64,000 bases of DNA, from positions 868,001-932,000 of the forward strand of contig OZ251232.1 in NCBI GenBank assembly GCA_965240325.2. Reading direction: 5' to 3'. Below the pieces are notes generated by a model. It worked only from the letters and a program-made list of their open reading frames with translations. It was not told the DNA's origin and ran no database searches. The stretch's first letter is position 1. Every line of letters begins with the position of its first letter. This DNA is from Rebecca billardiae RCC1528 (taxonomy: Eukaryota > Protista > Haptophyta). Below, piece by piece: positions 53,323 through 64,000 of this stretch. Made by a program: the position numbers and the translations under genes.

Positions 53323-54444
53323 TCAGTCCGACGCCCGCGTCGGATTTCGCCGTCTCGGCACGGCGCAGAGGCTGACGTTCTCGCCAGCCGCGGATACCCG
53401 CGCCCTCCGTCGCATGCGCCGCCTCACCAGGGCACGCTTCGCAAGTGCGTCGAAGTTGCCTCGGTGCTCGACGACATGCCACTCTCTCGCGGGCGTGTCC
53501 GCGGGCGGGAACAGGGCGGGCAGACCTCGCTTGGCCTGCAGCTTGGAGTAGCAATGCTCCATCGGCGCGAGGTGCGCCTCGAAGACGCGGAACACTGGCC
53601 AGGCTGGCGCGGAGCGGTTGTACCGCAGCTTGCCGCCCTGCGTGAGATCGATCGGCTTGTTCTGCGAGCGCTTGCCTTGGAAGTGGAGCACGCGCACGGC
53701 GGCAGGGATGCTGGCGCCAGGCTTCACCCTGCCGAAGTTGTACTCTCGCGGGAGCAGTGTGCGGCACACCCCAAACAGCAGATTGAACAGGTTTTGGTCG
53801 CTCAGGAGGAAGCCGCCAACGCGCTTGACCGCCTCGACCGCGGCCGCAACATGCGCAGCGACAGCCGTGTCAGGCTGCAGCAGCACGGCACCGGTGTTGC
53901 ACGGCTCGTTGGTCTCCACCATCGCGCACGCGACGGTGATCAGGCGGTACTCGCCCTCGTCTGGGTCCGCTGGCGGCGGCGTGCGCTCGCCGAACCGGAA
54001 GAAGAGCTCGTCGAGCGGCCGCAGCACCACCGTATCCGCATCCAGAAACAGAATGGACGCGTACTCCGTGTGCGCAAAGAGGGTGAGCCAGTGGAACGTG
54101 TTGAGGAAGCGCGCGTGCAAGGTGTGCAGCTGTACGGCCCGCTTGAAGTGCGTGTGGTTCGTTGACGGATGCGGCATGCACGACGGCACGAGCGAGACGC
54201 GCGTCTGCGGGTTGACTGTGTGCGCGCACGCTTGGATGGCCGCAAGTGTGGGGATGCTCGTCTCGCAGTGCAGCAGGAGCACGTCCACTGCCACACTAGA
54301 CTGGCGCTGCACCTCGCCAATCGAATGCACCCATGCCATTAGCAGGCTCACGTACGCCTCCTTCGCGACAAGCGTGGCGATCGCGTGGCGCGAACGCCCG
54401 GCCATCAGTCCGACTTGATTGCCCCGCCGTGCGGCGGCAACCAT
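53323..54444 (-). CDS. Glycosyltransferase family 8 (glycogenin-like)
   Basis: ILFLDADTVVLRPLDELF (DxD), NTGAVLLQP, SDQNLFN, EYN, VLHFQG..KP. Confidence 0.85.
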   Translation of the reverse strand: MVAAARRGNQVGLMAGRSRHAIATLVAKEAYVSLLMAWVHSIGEVQRQSSVAVDVLLLHCETSIPTLAAIQACAHTVNPQTRVSLVPSCMPHPSTNHTHFKRAVQLHTLHARFLNTFHWLTLFAHTEYASILFLDADTVVLRPLDELFFRFGERTPPPADPDEGEYRLITVACAMVETNEPCNTGAVLLQPDTAVAAHVAAAVEAVKRVGGFLLSDQNLFNLLFGVCRTLLPREYNFGRVKPGASIPAAVRVLHFQGKRSQNKPIDLTQGGKLRYNRSAPAWPVFRVFEAHLAPMEHCYSKLQAKRGLPALFPPADTPAREWHVVEHRGNFDALAKRALVRRRMRRRARVSAAGENVSLCAVPRRRNPTRASD

Positions 54445-54635
54445 CGTGGTCCGGTGGCGGCCGGGCCAAAGTCCAAACGGCCCAAACGACGACTTCCAAG
54501 CAAGTCAAGCAGCAAAGTGGTCGTAATGAACACCGGGAGACCGAACCAGCAATAAAGAAAAACCCCCCTTTATTTCTTTGACCGAACGGCACCGCGACGA
54601 CACGGCGAGGGCAGCGTCCGTTGGAAGTCGCGATC

Positions 54636-55778
54636 ATGGACTCGAGCACGAGGGCGTGCGAGCGCTTGCACAAGGTGACGGACCTCCGCGTGGGCAAGGT
54701 GTCCGCGGAGGCGGGACGACGCCTGGACGATGCGATCCGACAGCATCGGGTGCTCCGCATCGCACAGATCACCAACGAGTCGGCGAGCGTGCAGGGCAGC
54801 ACCGTCTTTGGCGTGCTCGCAGCCATTGACGAGCCACCGGCGCGCGGCGCGGTGGGCGCGCGCCTGTGGACGCTGATGGAGATGCAGAACAAGGGCGGTG
54901 CGCGCGTGGACGCCTCGATCTGCGTAATCCTCCCCCCCGACCAGGAGTTCAGCGCGCGCCTCGGCGACGTGGTCGGCATCCTCCAGCCGACCAGCGTGCT
55001 CTCCGCGAACCGGCTCGGCGTATGCCTGCGCGCAGACAGCGCTGAGCAAGTGCTGGTCGTCGGCCGCTCGGCAGACTACGGGCGCTGCCGCAAGTGCCCG
55101 ACGGCCGTGAACCGCCGGATCGGCGAGTTCTGCGCCACGCACCAGCGCACAGAGGTGCAGCGCATCGCCTGCAGCCGGATCGACATTGCGAGCTCGCAGC
55201 CCAAGTGTCGTCTGGTCGGGCTGCCCGTGCGCCCGCGCCGCCACCTCTCGCGTGGGCGCTACGCCGTGGACGAGTACGCGCTCGTGATCGACGCGAGCGG
55301 GCGCGCCGTGTGGGACGAGGACGGAGCGCGCGAGCGCACCGCTGAGTGCGAGCGCACCGAGCCCACACGCGCGGAGCGGCAGCGCATCTCACAGCAGCAG
55401 GCGGCCGCGCTCCAGTCGCACGGCGGTGGCAGCCTCAAGGAGTCGGTTGGCGCGCGCCAGCTGCAGCGGATCGCCGAGGATGAGGAGAAGGAGGCGCGGG
55501 AGCGGGCGAAGGCGAAGGCTGGCGCAGCAGCCAAGCGCGCGCGTGCCGCGCACGGTGGCGCGGCCGACGTGTGTGTGCAAGCTGCGGCGGAAGCTGAGGA
55601 GGAGCTGATCATCGACTCCCTCATGCCGTGCACGGGGCAGTTGACGGCGGGTGCACGCCCATCTGGACCACACGACCGCAACGAGGGTTCGGACGTCGAC
55701 GCTGGGGCGTCGGTGCCAGAGGCCAAGCGGCGCGTGCTCAGCTGGGAGAAGATGCTCCCCTTTGGTAGCGCCCATTGA
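54636..55778 (+). CDS. MCM10: MCM10-like replication factor (OB fold + CCCH zinc finger)
   Basis: FGVL...WTL...GDVVGILQP...VLVVGRSADYGRCRKC...VN...FCATH...SRIDI matches the MCM10 internal domain. Divergent. Confidence 0.75.
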   Translation: MDSSTRACERLHKVTDLRVGKVSAEAGRRLDDAIRQHRVLRIAQITNESASVQGSTVFGVLAAIDEPPARGAVGARLWTLMEMQNKGGARVDASICVILPPDQEFSARLGDVVGILQPTSVLSANRLGVCLRADSAEQVLVVGRSADYGRCRKCPTAVNRRIGEFCATHQRTEVQRIACSRIDIASSQPKCRLVGLPVRPRRHLSRGRYAVDEYALVIDASGRAVWDEDGARERTAECERTEPTRAERQRISQQQAAALQSHGGGSLKESVGARQLQRIAEDEEKEARERAKAKAGAAAKRARAAHGGAADVCVQAAAEAEEELIIDSLMPCTGQLTAGARPSGPHDRNEGSDVDAGASVPEAKRRVLSWEKMLPFGSAH

Positions 55779-56402
55779 GGAGTTTGAGGACTCAGCGCTG
55801 CAGCGCGGGCACGCGGTGGCGGGCGGAGCCGGATGGAGTGACGATCACTGATCAGAACGGTCACGGTCTGACACGGATGAGTTATTCATGCTGAGTATGT
55901 AACGTCGGATGAGACGACTATATCAGTCGTGGGCGATCGTGCCGATGCCCGGTATCAGCCAGCCGCGACGCGATAGCCGCGCCGCCCGCGGGAGCCGCCC
56001 GAAGTGACGACGTACTACGTAGTCTGAGTCACTACGACTCACGTACGGACTACGGTCCGCCGGGTCGGTAGTGTCGGGCGACGCGCCGACCGGGCGGCTA
56101 CCGCGGGCGCATCTGATATGATGACGAAGGAAACTGCATGATCGATATGATGTGCCATATATATATATATCATCAGCAGGCCGCGCGCCAAGTCGAAGCC
56201 ACGACGGATCGGATGACGATTGCCAGCAGCAGTCCGATGCTATTTATTAATATAAATAATAAAATAAGTAGCTTATTACTTACGCGGAAGTTGACGCACC
56301 ACTACGGTACGGGGCCAGCCGGCCACCACGACGACCGCGCGCGGCCGCGTGGCAGCAGGTGGCCCCGCCATTCCTGGCAAGAGCTTGACTCGTAGTCCGT
56401 CG

Positions 56403-59400
56403 TCAGACTCGTTCGTCGCCGCGCGGGAGCGGGACAGATCGGTCTCCGCCAGCACCACCAGTCTGAGGCGCAGCTCGGTGAATGAACGGCGACTGGTACT
56501 GCCGACCAGCCTCACGCTGCTGAGCACGCTGCTGAGCGCCGGCTTGCTCAGCCGCGCCCCCGAGGCCCACGAACGTCGCAGCCCTCTCCATCACGTCCGA
56601 GATCCTGATGGAGCGCGCGTCGGAGTGACGAGGAGACGCACGAGGGTCGGACGAACGGACCCGCCGTCCTGCCGTGGCCTGCTGCTCCTCGCGAAGTAGC
56701 CTGGCCTCGGAGCGACCCATCTGACCGCGCCGCACCGCTTGGATGCGTTCAGCGGCCTGCAGCCTTGCAGCCTCCTGCGCGATCGGTGGGGCCGGCGACA
56801 GGCGCGAAGGGGGTGGTCAGCTGACGGTTGGGAGCCAGCCCGGGCCTGCTGAGGGCGCACGCGCTCGCGCTCAAAAGTACCTGCTGAGCCGCTTCCTTGA
56901 CTTTGCGATTCCGCTTGCGCACGCAGTAGACGCAGGTGACGACGACGATGAGCACAACGAGGCCAAACGCGGCGTAGATAACAATCTGCGCGAGGCGCGA
57001 GGCGCGACGTGGGACGCGCGCACTGTTCAGCTCAGAGCGCTCGCGAGCGCGAGCGCGGCCGCGGTGGGTGCGCGGACCTGGACCGTCAAGGTCAGGGTGC
57101 CAATGCTCTGGCTGATAATGTCGACCGATTGTGGCGGCGGCGCGACGTTCGGCGGCGGTGCCTTTGGCGGCGGCGGGGCAGGTGGAGGCGAACCCGGCAG
57201 CGGAGATGGTGGAGGTGATGGCGGCGGCGATGGTGGGGGCGGACTCGGAGGAGGCTTGGGAGGTGAGGGCGGAGCCGGAGGCGGAGAGGGCGGTGACGGC
57301 GGCGGTGACGGCGGCGGCGGCGACGGAGGTGGTGATGGTGGCAATGGCGGCGACGATGGCGGCGGTGGTGGCGCTGGCGGAGACGGCGGGCTTGGAGGCG
57401 GCGACGAGGGCGTGTCGAATTCGCACGAGCCGTCCGGGTACGTGGCGAGCGAGTTGTAGTTGGCGGCGTTCACCGACGTGCAACCGCCGATGGCGCAGCT
57501 GCCATCGTCCTCGTCCGCCGCCGAGTCGTAGTTGTCCGCAGCGACGTTCGTGCAACCCTGCGCGGGGAACTGGCAGCCGCCCGTCACGGTCGCCGACGGG
57601 TCGTAGTTCACAGCCGCCGTGTTGGTGCAGCCAAAGTACTGGCAGCTGCCACTGTCGACCTCCGCGTCCGAGCGGAAGTTGAGCGCGCTGCTGTCCGTGC
57701 AGCCGCTGATGGGGAAGATACACGAGCCGTCCGGCGTGTTGGCAGTCGAGTCGTAGTTGCTCGCCAGCGTCGAGAGGCAGCCGCTGAAGATGCACGAGGA
57801 CGCGACGAGCTGCGTGACGAGCGAGTCGAAGTTGTCGGCGCTCACGATGCTGCAGCCGCTTACCGGCGGGATGCAGCTGCCGTCGTCGTCGGTCGCTGCC
57901 GAGTTGAAATTGGTCGCAGTGATGTCCGTGCACCCGGGCACGATGCAGCTGCCGTCGTCCGTGTTCGCCGTGGAGTCGTAGTTGTCCGATGCCGAGTCCG
58001 TGCAGCCAAACGCTGGGCACGTGCAGCTGCCGTCGTCGATCGTCGCGGACGGGTCGTACCCGGAGCAGAGCGAGTTGGTGCAGCCGGGGTAGACGCACGA
58101 GCCGTCGTTGACGTTCGCGCCCGAGTCGAAGTTCTCCGCATCGGCTTCCGTGCATCCTGTGACCGGCAGGATGCAGTTGCCCGAGGAGTCGGTCGCCGTC
58201 GAGTCGTAGTTGAACGCGATCGGGTTGAGGCAGCCGAGGAACACGCAGCCCTGGTTGACCGTGGCGAGCGGGTTGTAGTTGTCCGCGTCGGGTGCCGTGC
58301 AGCCGGCGACGGCGATGTTGATGCAGTTGTTCGAGTTGACGGTCGCACGTGAATTGTAGTTCTCGGCCAGCGAGTTGAGGCAGCCGGTGATGACGCACGA
58401 GCCGTCGTCACCGGCCGCGTTTGAGTTGTAGTTGTCAGCGGTGGAGTCCGTGCAGCCCAGCGCCGGGATGATGCACGAGCCCGCGTCGGCAACGTCGGCC
58501 GTCGAGTCGTAGTTCGTGGCGCTCGTGTCCAGGCAGCCCGCGTACTGGCACGAGCCGTCGTTCGTGTCCGCGGTCGACAGGTAGCTGATCGAGCTCGGGT
58601 CCGTGCAGCCAAACTTGGGGTAGATGCACGTGCCGTCATTGTCGGTCGCGGTCGAGTCGTAGTTGGTCGCAAAAGTGAGCGTGCAGCCGCGGAAGACGCA
58701 CGTGCCGTCGTCGACAGTCGCGCCGGCCACGTAGTTCACGGCGTTCGAGTCGAGGCAGCCAGGGATCGCCCCCGTGCACGAGCCGTCGTTCAGAGTCGCG
58801 GCCGAGTCATAGTTGTCCGCGGCTGTCTGGGTGCAACCGGGGATGACGCACGAGCCGTCGTCGACCGTCGCCGAGTCGTCAAAGTTGATCGCGCGCGTGT
58901 CAATGCAGCCGCGGATGAGGAAGAAGCAGCTGCCGTCGTTGAAGGTGGCGGCCGAGTTGTAGTTGTCCGCGTTGGTGTTCGTGCAGCCGGCAACGACGCA
59001 CGTGCCATCGTCGACCGCGGCCGTCGAGTCGAAGTTGTCCGCGATGGGATCGGTGCACCCACCGGCTGGATCGATGCACGAGCCGTCGTTCGTGTTGGCG
59101 CTCGAATCAAAGTTGGTGGCGGTAGGATCGAGACAGCCAAGCACCTCGTACGTGCAGCCCGTGTTGATGGTCGCCACCGAGAGGTAGTTGAGCGCGGTAG
59201 AGTCGACACAACCCAGGATAGTGTACTGGCACGTCGTGTCTCCCTGTGCCGTTGCATTCGAGTTGTAGTTGGACGCGAGCGAGTCAAGGCAGCCGAAGAT
59301 GTCGTACACGCACGAGCCGTCGTCAACGGTTGCTTGCGCGTCGAAGTTGGTCGCGTTGTCGGCGGTGCAGCCGCCGAACGCGCAGGACTCGTCGTCGATC

Positions 59401-62400
59401 GTCGCCGCCGAGTCGAAGTTGTCCGCGTCCACATCCGTGCAGCCCGGGTTGGGGCACGCCGCCGCCGAGTACATCGCTTGCAGCTGGGTGTTGAAGCACG
59501 TGTCCAGGCGGCGCCGACGACCACCGGCGGGCGGAGTCCACACGACAACGAGCTCGGCGGCGCGGGTGGCGTACTGCTCGCCTGCGTCGTTGAGCACGGG
59601 GTTGGACGGCCCACTGGTCAGCGTCAGCCCGAGAGCATCGCGTGCCGACTTGACCAGGGTGGTCATAGCCGTCGTGTCCGTCAAAGTCGACACGATCTCA
59701 CCGCTGCTCCCGACGCACAGCGAAATGGCCTCGTTCAGCACGGCGGCCTCAATGGCGGCGTTCGACGTGTACGGGAGGAAGAGCGCCTCCAGCTGTTTAA
59801 GTAGCGCGTCGAGCAGCGCGCTCGCCCGAACCACGTAGTACGACGCCGCGTCCTGGGCCAGGTACCGCTGCATGGGGCGGTAGGTGAGGATGTTGACGGT
59901 GGACGCGAGCTCGAAGCAGCGGCGCAGTTCGGCCTGCGGGTTGCTCGGCGGAGAGTCCAAATCCTGCATGTACATGTACATCGTGGTGAGCGGCGTGATC
60001 GCCCTGGAGACGAGCGGTGCGCGCAGCGTGTACGTGAGAGACGTCCCGCTCAATGTGTCGCGGCACTGCGCCTGCGGCTCGATGCGCAGCGCGGCGTCGC
60101 TGTTGGTGTACAGCAGCTCATAGGCGCCGTTCACGGAGGAGACGGCTGTGCCCACGACGGCGCCGTTGGCTTGCACCGCCTTGATGACGCACGAACGGCG
60201 CTGCGCGACGATCTGCACGACGCCACGCGAGTACGCAAACTGGCAGCTGCCGTCGTTGAAGGCCGCGATCGGGTCGTAGTTGATCGCGTTCGAGTTGGTG
60301 CAGCCCTTGTACGAGCACGGGCCAGACCGCGTGGCGGTGGTGACGTAGTTGTTGGCCGTCGGGTCGGTGCAGCCGACCACGTGCGGCACGCAATTCTTGC
60401 CGTCGACGGTAGCGAAAGGGTTGAAGTTCTGCGCGGTGACGTCCATGCAGCCGGCGATGACGCACGTCGACGCGGCGAACTCGACGTTCGCCAGCGAGTT
60501 GTAGTTGCTTGCGCTCGTCTTGGTGCAGCCAAACACCTTGGCGATGCAGCTGCCGTCGTCCGCGTTGGCCGTGGGGTTGTAGTTGAGCGCGTTCTTCGCC
60601 GTGCAGCCGCGGTACGCCGGGATGCAGCCCTGGTTCTCGGTGGCGGCGGGGCGGTAGTTGAGCGCGGTCGAGTCGGTGCAGCCGAACACCGGGAACGTGC
60701 AGCTCTTGTCATCCACGTTGGCCAGCGAGTTGTAGTTGAGCGCGCGCGTTGCGATGCAGCCGGACACGGGGAGGACGCACGAGCCGTCGCTCACAGTGGC
60801 CAGCGAGTTGTAGTTGAGCGCGGAGGCGTCCCGGCAGCCGAGCACGGCGAAGACGCAGCTGCCGTCGTCGACGGTGGCGGACGAGTCGTAGTTTTGCGCG
60901 TTCGGCCCCATGCAGCCCAGAGATGGCTGGATGCAGCCCTGGTTGACGTTGGCGTCCGAGCGGTAGTTGAGCGCGCCCGTGTCCGTGCAGCCGAGCACGG
61001 CTTGCGTGCACGAGCCTGCGAGCAGCGTGTTGGCGAGCGAGTTGTAGTTGAGCGCGGTCGGGTCCGTGCAGCCCAGCACCACTTGCACGCACGTGTCCGG
61101 AACCGCGTCCGTGTTGGCGAGCGAGTTGTAGTTGATCGCCGTCGGGTCGCGGCAGCCTGGGCGCGGCAGCGTGCAGTCGGACGCGCTGAGCTGCACCGTC
61201 GCCAGCGAGTTGTAGTTCGTCGCGAGCGAGTTGCGGCAGCCGGTGATGTACGGGATGCAGATGGACGCGTCGCTCTCCGCCGGGCTGGCGGACGAGTCGT
61301 AGTTCAGGCTGCCCTCGACGTTGCACTTGAGCTGCGCGTACTCGCACGTGCCGTCATACACCGTCGCACTCGAATCGTAGTTGCTGGCGCTGGTCACGGT
61401 GCACCCAGCCACGTCGTAGGTGCAGCCGCCGCTGTCCACGGTGGCGTCCGAGCGGAAGTTGGAGGCCGTCGAGTCGGTGCAGCCAAGCACGCCGTACGCG
61501 CAGTTGCCGTCGTTGGCCGTCGCTTCCGAGTTGTAGTTGAGGGCCGTGGGGACGTTGCAGCCAAAGATGACACACTGGCCGCTGTCCACAGCGGCGAGCG
61601 AGTCGTAGTTGGTCGCGCGCGAGTCCGTGCAGCCGACGCGTGGAAACACGCACGAGCCCTGCAGCAGCTGGTTCGCCGTCGAGTCGTAGTTGTCCGCGCC
61701 CGTGTTCGTGCAGCCGGGGTAGACGCAGCTGCCGTCGTCGAGCGACTTGGCGCTGTCGTAGTTGGAGGCAGCGGGGTCGGTGCAGCCGCGGCAGCTGAAG
61801 TCGCACGACGAGAAGACCGTGGCGAGCGAGTTGTAGTTGCACGCGGTGGAGACCGTGCACCCGGCGATGTTGTACTCGCACGAGCCGTCGTTTGTGTCCG
61901 CCGCGTTGTCGAAGTTGAGCGCGACCGTGTCCGTGCAGCCCAGCGTGTATGGCTGGCAGCTGCTGTACGTGTCTGCGAGCGAGTTGTAGTCGGCCGCCCA
62001 CGAGTCGGTGCAGCCCAGGACGGCGTAGACGCAGACGATGTCGCCCTGCTGCGTCGCGGCCGAGCGGTAGTTGGTGGCCTCCGAGTCGGTGCAGCCGAAG
62101 ACGGGGTATGCGCAGCACGAGGGCTCGGTGGGCGAGCAGCCGTACGCCATCGAGTTGTAGTTCTCAGCGATGGGGTCGATGCAGCCGGCGAGCGGCGGCG
62201 GGGGCGACGGCGGCGGTGGGCTTGGCGGAGGGAAGGGCGGCGCCGGGGGCGGGCTCGGCGGCGGGCTCGGCGGTGGGCTCGGCGGAGACTTGGGTGATTC
62301 TGGTGGTGGCGACGGCGGCGCCGACGGCGGTGGTCGGCTTGGTGGTGGCAATGGCGGCGGGCTTGGTGGCGGGCGGGGGGGCGGGCTAGGCGGGGGGGTC

Positions 62401-64000
62401 GGCGGTGGCGGTGGCGACGGAGGCGGGCTCGGTGGTGGGCTTGGCGGTGGGCTGGGCGGAGGTGGGCTTGGCGGCGGGCTTGGCGGCGGAAGCGGTGGCG
62501 GTGATGGTGGCGGCGATGGCGGTGGCAATGGTGGCGGTGGGCTGGGCGGTGGGCTGGGCGGCGGGCTGGGCGGCGGGCTGGGCGGCTGTGACGGCGGTGG
62601 TGATGGCGGCGGCCTCGGTGGTGGGCTCGGCGGTGGTGAGGGCGGCGGGCGCGGGGGCGGCGATGGCGGGGGGCTTGGAGGTGGGTTGGGTGGCGGTGAA
62701 GGCGGTGGTGTTGGCGGCGGGCTGGGTGGCGGCGACGGTGGCGGCGAGGGCGGAGGGCTTGGAGGCGGGCTTGGCGGTGGCGATGGAGGCGGCGATGGCG
62801 GTGGACTCGGGGGCGGGCTTGGTGGCGGAGGGGGTGGCGGGCTCGGCGGTGGACTGGGCGGTGGCACGGGCGGTGGACTGGGCGGTGGCGAGGGCGGGGG
62901 TCTCGGGGGCGGGCGTGGCGGCGGCGAGGGCGGAGGGGTGGGCGGCGGTGGTGACGGCGGCGGTGGTGATGGCGGTGGTGACGGCGGCGGGCTTGGTGGC
63001 GGATATGGTGGCGGTGGCGATGGTGGCGGAGGGCTTGGCGGTGGCGATGGTGGCGGCGGCGGTGGTGGTGATGGCGGTGGAGATGGCGGCGGTGGTGATG
63101 GCGGCGGGCTTGGCGGCGGGGGTGGCGGGGGTGACGGTGGCGGAGATGGTGGCGGTGGGCTCGGCGGCGGCGATGGTGGCGGCGGCGGTGGCGGTGACGA
63201 TGGCGGCGGCGGTGATGGCGGCGGGCTTGGCGGCGGGGGTGGCGGGGGTGACGGTGGCGGAGATGGTGGCGGTGGGCTCGGCGGCGGCGATGGTGGCGGC
63301 GACGGTGGCGGTGACGGCGGCGGAGACGGCGGCGGTGGAAAGGGTGGAGGACTGGGTGGCGGTGTGGGCGGCGGCGGCGAGGGCGGCGGCGGGGACGGCG
63401 GCGGGGACGGCGGCGGCAACGGTGGAGGCGGCTGTGGCGGCGGAGACGGTGGCGGCGACGGTGGCGGGCTTGGTGGCGGTGTTGGCGGTGGCGGAGAGGG
63501 CGGCGGTGGGCTTGGCGGCGGTGACGGCGGCGGCGTCGGTGGAGGCGGCTGTGGCGGCGGAGACGGTGGCGGCGTCGGTGGAGGCGGCTGTGGCGGCGGA
63601 GACGGTGGCGGCGACGGCGGCGGGCTAGGTGGCGGCGTCGGTGGAGGCGGAGAGGGCGGCGGCGGGCTTGGTGGCGGTGACGGCGGCGGCGTCGGTGGAG
63701 GCGGAGAGGGCGGCGGTGGGCTTGGTGGCGGTGACGGCGGCGGCGTCGGTGGAGGCGGAGAGGGCGGCGGTGGGCTTGGTGGCGGTGACGGCGGCGGCGT
63801 CGGTGGAGGCGGAGAGGGCGGCGGCGGGCTTGGCGGCGGTGACGGCGGCGGCGTCGGTGGAGGCGGAGAGGGCGGCGGTGGGCTTGGTGGCGGTGACGGC
63901 GGCGGCGTCGGTGGAGGCGGAGAGGGCGGCGGTGGGCTTGGTGGCGGTGACGGCGGCGGCGTCGGTGGAGGCGGAGAGGGCGGCGGTGGGCTTGGTGGCG
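56403..64000 (-). CDS. Giant type I membrane glycoprotein (5'-partial): extensin-like SPPP tracts, ~52 GCTD-type Cys/Asp repeats, TM, cytosolic IQ motif
   Basis: Frame appears open to the window end. Repeats GCTDxxAxNYxxxAxxDDGSC in blocks of ~25 and ~27. Introns 56986-57077 and 56775-56880 join a TM exon (IVIYAAFGLVVLIVVVTCVYCV-RKRNRK) and a tail exon (AAERIQAVRRGQMGR). Confidence 0.85.
63637..64000. repeat. 54-bp coding minisatellite (18-aa Pro/Ser/Thr unit on minus strand)
   Basis: GTCGGTGGAGGCGGAGAG recurs at 63637, 63691, 63745, 63799, 63853, 63907 and 63961. Confidence 0.9.

Noticed and set aside
57430-62190. Regularly spaced GTAGTTG/GTGCAGCC motifs resembling a CRISPR-like array
   Set aside because: They are codons of the GCT/NY protein repeat with synonymous variation, in a eukaryotic context with no cas genes.

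Overview
Eukaryotic, very GC-rich nuclear DNA with short GC-rich GT-AG introns, signal+transit-like N-termini and a peroxisomal menB. This is consistent with a secondary-plastid alga, probably a haptophyte (inference). About 16 protein genes are supported: TDP2-like EEP nuclease, a tail-anchored coiled-coil protein, a DUF11-like secreted protein, a ~2070-aa receptor, a small Cys-rich membrane protein (frameshifted), YwbE/DUF2196, a CH-domain protein, an STI1/DP protein, ribonucleotide reductase large subunit, MATE, an SR-like RRM protein, MenB, a RING protein, a GT8, MCM10, and a giant extensin/GCTD-repeat membrane protein running off the window end. Four gene pairs are head-to-head. Most intergenic space is filled by non-autonomous mobile elements: a TA-flanked Tc1/IS630-type element with a paired-box-like N-terminus, two families with asymmetric inverted repeats plus a 3' hairpin (Helentron/HLE2-like, one as a head-to-tail dimer), a gag-only LTR element nested in one of them, an 813-bp-arm foldback element splitting the RNR/MATE promoter, and several MITEs. 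The top candidate for an undescribed system is the receptor at 9836-16186: two Venus-flytrap domains, one TM helix, a cytosolic HopQ1/XopQ-type nucleoside-hydrolase domain and a degenerate second copy. No database searches were run. Family calls come from motifs recalled and read by eye.
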